A DNA stretch of 60,224 nt, counting the filler. It is 3 parts of 3 records of this genome, joined end to end, with 100 filler letters (N's around TTAATTAATTAA, not from the genome) between each part and the next. Parts side by side here need not be neighbours in the genome. Positions count along the whole stretch, not along the records: positions 52,149 to 60,224 come from DRR723986_61391; 2 more parts are not named here. One strand, 5' to 3'. The position numbers and the translations under genes were made by a program. Below are positions 57,674 to 60,224 of the stretch, piece by piece. Every line of letters starts with the position of its first letter. Position 1 is the first letter of the stretch. The notes below the pieces were generated by a model. The model saw only the letters and a list, made by a program, of their open reading frames with translations, was not told the origin of the DNA and did not search any database.

Positions 57674-59929
57674 ATGAACAGAAATATGATTGTTGCTTCG
57701 GGCGGCACTGGCGTCAATTCCTTGCGGGTGCGCCTATGTCTTGGCCTGGCTTTTGTCTGTGCCGTTCTGGCCAGTTCCCTTTCGGCAGTTCCGTCTGTCC
57801 TGGCGGCTGACTCAACGGCACGCATTAGTTATGGCCTGTATGCGCAGTTTCATTTGATGGATCACAGCGCCGCTTTTAACGAATTGCCCGGTTTCCCCAA
57901 GGCTCCCGCCCTCTTTGACGGCGGCGACGGCAGTGGAATCGCTGCTGGGGCAGTCATTGGAATTCCGGCTGCATTATTCCTGGGCGATGCCGAATTTCTG
58001 CGCAAACTACACCTGGATTTGCGCGCCGGAGTAGAGCTGCACGACGCCACGCTCGAAACTGATGAGCCGACCTTTGTTAATCTGCGTTCCGGCGAACGCG
58101 CTCCGGGTAATTTCAGGCATACAATCGATGCCAACTTCCAGACTCTGAGTCTGACGCCGCTACTGCGTTACGAACTGTTCTCAAATTTTAGCGTGCAGGC
58201 CGGCCCACAAATTGGACTGAGCATGGGCGCCGATTTTGATCAGCGCCAGACACTCACGGAACCAGCCGAGGCGACTCTGCTAAACCTGGAACGCAATGTA
58301 GATTTATACAGCGCCGACATTCCAGACCCAACGAGTCCGGCCCTGGCCCTGCGCGTAGGACTGGGTTATGAATTTGAGCTAAACGAGCAGTGGAGCGCTG
58401 CGCTCGAAGCCTCCTTCCGCACTGGCCTCGGTGACGTAGCTGCGGATCTGGACTGGCAAAGCAGTGCGATCGAGCTTGGCGCTGTACTTCGATTTATGCC
58501 GCCCGCTTCAATTCCGCCTGTGCGCGATACGATCTACCAGCGTGACACCGTTTTCCAGCAGAATACAAACATAACGCAGAAAAGCCCGGCAGTTCTACAG
58601 AACCGCAGCCTCGATTCAGATGTCCGCACAGTCGCAGAGCGTGAGTTCATCACGCTGAAAATCACCGAATCATATGTGCAGGATCTGCCCGCTCAGGCAG
58701 ACGCACCGGAAGTTGAGGACGAAGTCATCGCGGCGGCACAGGAAGTCAATATTGCGCTGGACGTGAGTTTGCGCATGCAGGCCGGCGCCGACTCACCAAA
58801 CAGCTCCGGCCGGAATGACATCGAAGTGGAAGAGAGTATCGCCACGCGTTACACGCCGCTGCTCAACTACATATTCTTCGATCAGAATTCTTCGGCGCTG
58901 CCGCCGCGTTATGTGCAGCTCACGCGCGGCAATCGCAGCCAATTTTACGCAGACAGCTTGTATGCATCTTCGACACTGGAAACCTATTACAACGTGCTCA
59001 ACGTACTTGGCTCACGTATGCAGGCGGAATCCGCCGGCTCATTGCGTTTGCTGGGGCATGGTGATTCAGCGGCGGAAACAGATGATTTGGCACGTGCACG
59101 CGCGCTGACCGTGCGCGATTATCTCATGCGAGTTTGGGACGTGGACCCTGCACGCATCAAAATTGAAACGCGTTCCACACCGCGGCGACCTTCGAACGAC
59201 AGCCGTCCGGAGGGACTTGCTGAGAATCGCCGCGTAGAGATTCTGGCCGATATTCCAGGTCTGCTTGAGCCGCTGTTTCTGAGTAATACGGTTTACCGCA
59301 GTGCGGCCGAATCGATGCAGTTCCAGCCGCGCATTCAGGGGCTGGAGAACGTGCAGCAATGGCGTTTGACGCTCGGCCAGGGCGCATTTCCATTGTGGGA
59401 TACTTTGGGTGCGGGCATGCCGCCGGTGCGCATTAATGTATCGCTGGATGAAAAACTGCTGACGCGCCTGCGCACCGAAGCGATTGACTGTATACTGGAA
59501 GTCCGCGCCGAGGATGGCAAGGCATACAACTCGGACGTCAAATCGCTCAAACTGCGCATCAATACACGTCGCGAACAGCTTGCCGAAGGCCAGGGCGTCA
59601 CCGAGGTCGAGCGCTATTCCCTCCTCCTTTTTGACTTTGATGATGTGCGTTTGAGTGATGAGAATCGCGAAATTCTGGAGTTCATAAACTCGCGTCTGCG
59701 CCCGGGTGCGCGCGTGCGGATCATTGGCAAAACGGACGCCGTGGGAGATGCGGCCTACAATCGCAGTCTGTCGTCACGGCGTGCGCAGTCGGTGGCTGCA
59801 GCGCTGGGCATCGATAATGCCGAGATTCTGGGGCTGGGCGAGGATCACGGCGGTATTTCCAACACGCTCCCGGAAGGCCGTTTTTACAACCGGACTGTTG
59901 TTGTGGAAATCGAAAGTCTTAACAAGTAA
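57674..59929 (+). CDS. OmpA family protein: N-terminal beta-barrel plus two OmpA-like peptidoglycan-binding domains
   Basis: YIFFDQNS...LARARA...ENRRVEI and LFDFDD...GKTDAVG...NRSLSSRRA...N..PEGRFYNRTV; start 57632 (TTG) or 57674. Confidence 0.85.
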   Translation: MNRNMIVASGGTGVNSLRVRLCLGLAFVCAVLASSLSAVPSVLAADSTARISYGLYAQFHLMDHSAAFNELPGFPKAPALFDGGDGSGIAAGAVIGIPAALFLGDAEFLRKLHLDLRAGVELHDATLETDEPTFVNLRSGERAPGNFRHTIDANFQTLSLTPLLRYELFSNFSVQAGPQIGLSMGADFDQRQTLTEPAEATLLNLERNVDLYSADIPDPTSPALALRVGLGYEFELNEQWSAALEASFRTGLGDVAADLDWQSSAIELGAVLRFMPPASIPPVRDTIYQRDTVFQQNTNITQKSPAVLQNRSLDSDVRTVAEREFITLKITESYVQDLPAQADAPEVEDEVIAAAQEVNIALDVSLRMQAGADSPNSSGRNDIEVEESIATRYTPLLNYIFFDQNSSALPPRYVQLTRGNRSQFYADSLYASSTLETYYNVLNVLGSRMQAESAGSLRLLGHGDSAAETDDLARARALTVRDYLMRVWDVDPARIKIETRSTPRRPSNDSRPEGLAENRRVEILADIPGLLEPLFLSNTVYRSAAESMQFQPRIQGLENVQQWRLTLGQGAFPLWDTLGAGMPPVRINVSLDEKLLTRLRTEAIDCILEVRAEDGKAYNSDVKSLKLRINTRREQLAEGQGVTEVERYSLLLFDFDDVRLSDENREILEFINSRLRPGARVRIIGKTDAVGDAAYNRSLSSRRAQSVAAALGIDNAEILGLGEDHGGISNTLPEGRFYNRTVVVEIESLNK

Positions 59930-60189
59930 GTTCGCACTCGGGGCCTGTCAGCGAATGTGACTTTAACATTCAGAGTGTATGTTTTATCTCATTAACCCGC
60001 TTTAATACTGACGTAGCTGCCACTTGAATTGTAATACCGTACAGTGTTGTGTTGTGCAGGCATGAGCGCTTTGAGCCTGCACTTGCAGTTTGGCTCAGGC
60101 TTTTTTGAGTTTCTTGTTAGTTTTTGTGGCCAAAATTAGGTGCTTTTGAGTCTGCCGCGCGTCCTGGAGTGGCCATGTTTACTGCCTGC

Positions 60190-60224
60190 CGTTGATCCCC
60201 TGTCGTTAATCCCCTGTCGTTAAT
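60190..60224 (+). repeat. 14-bp tandem repeat running off the window end
   Basis: CGTTGATCCCCTGT CGTTAATCCCCTGT CGTTAAT. Confidence 0.7.

Noticed and set aside
54675-59960. Many antisense or alternate-frame ORFs within the two large genes (and similar ones inside suf, pgi, acnA, mla)
   Set aside because: Shadow ORFs of well-supported genes with no independent motifs
1-60224. tRNA, rRNA, IS elements or riboswitches (such as TPP near thiL)
   Set aside because: No recognizable cloverleaf, rRNA, transposase or riboswitch consensus seen by eye; thiL appears leaderless

Overview
This window is three unrelated contigs joined by 100-nt artificial spacers (44 N + TTAATTAATTAA + 44 N) at 26015-26114 and 52049-52148. 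Contig 1 (1-26014, AT-rich, Flavobacteriaceae-like) carries the suf Fe-S operon, a four-lipoprotein operon ending in an MbnP/MbnH-like pair, thiL, three paralogous small Cys/His (DUF1660-like) proteins that share an upstream motif, hydrolases, brnQ, an orphan DNA adenine methyltransferase, a VPS10/BNR protein and sdhC-sdhA (truncated). Contig 2 (26115-52048, Cyclobacteriaceae/Algoriphagus-like) carries small stress-type genes with a sigma-54-like promoter, a TPR histidine kinase/NarL-type regulator pair with a repeated palindrome, a CE15 esterase, pgi, acnA, mlaEFD, glutaminase, a PadR regulator followed by four tandem divergent membrane-protein paralogs, and the start of typA. Contig 3 (52149-60224, GC-richer, FCB group, Kapabacteria-like) carries DUF2459, MmcQ/YjbR, DinB, a T9SS-type IgGFc-binding-domain protein and a double-OmpA-domain protein. 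The best candidates for undescribed systems are the PadR + four-paralog array, the apparently co-regulated trio of small zinc-finger-like proteins, and an MbnP-like protein lacking the WxW motif. Taxonomic and family calls are from recognition of motifs by eye, not database searches.
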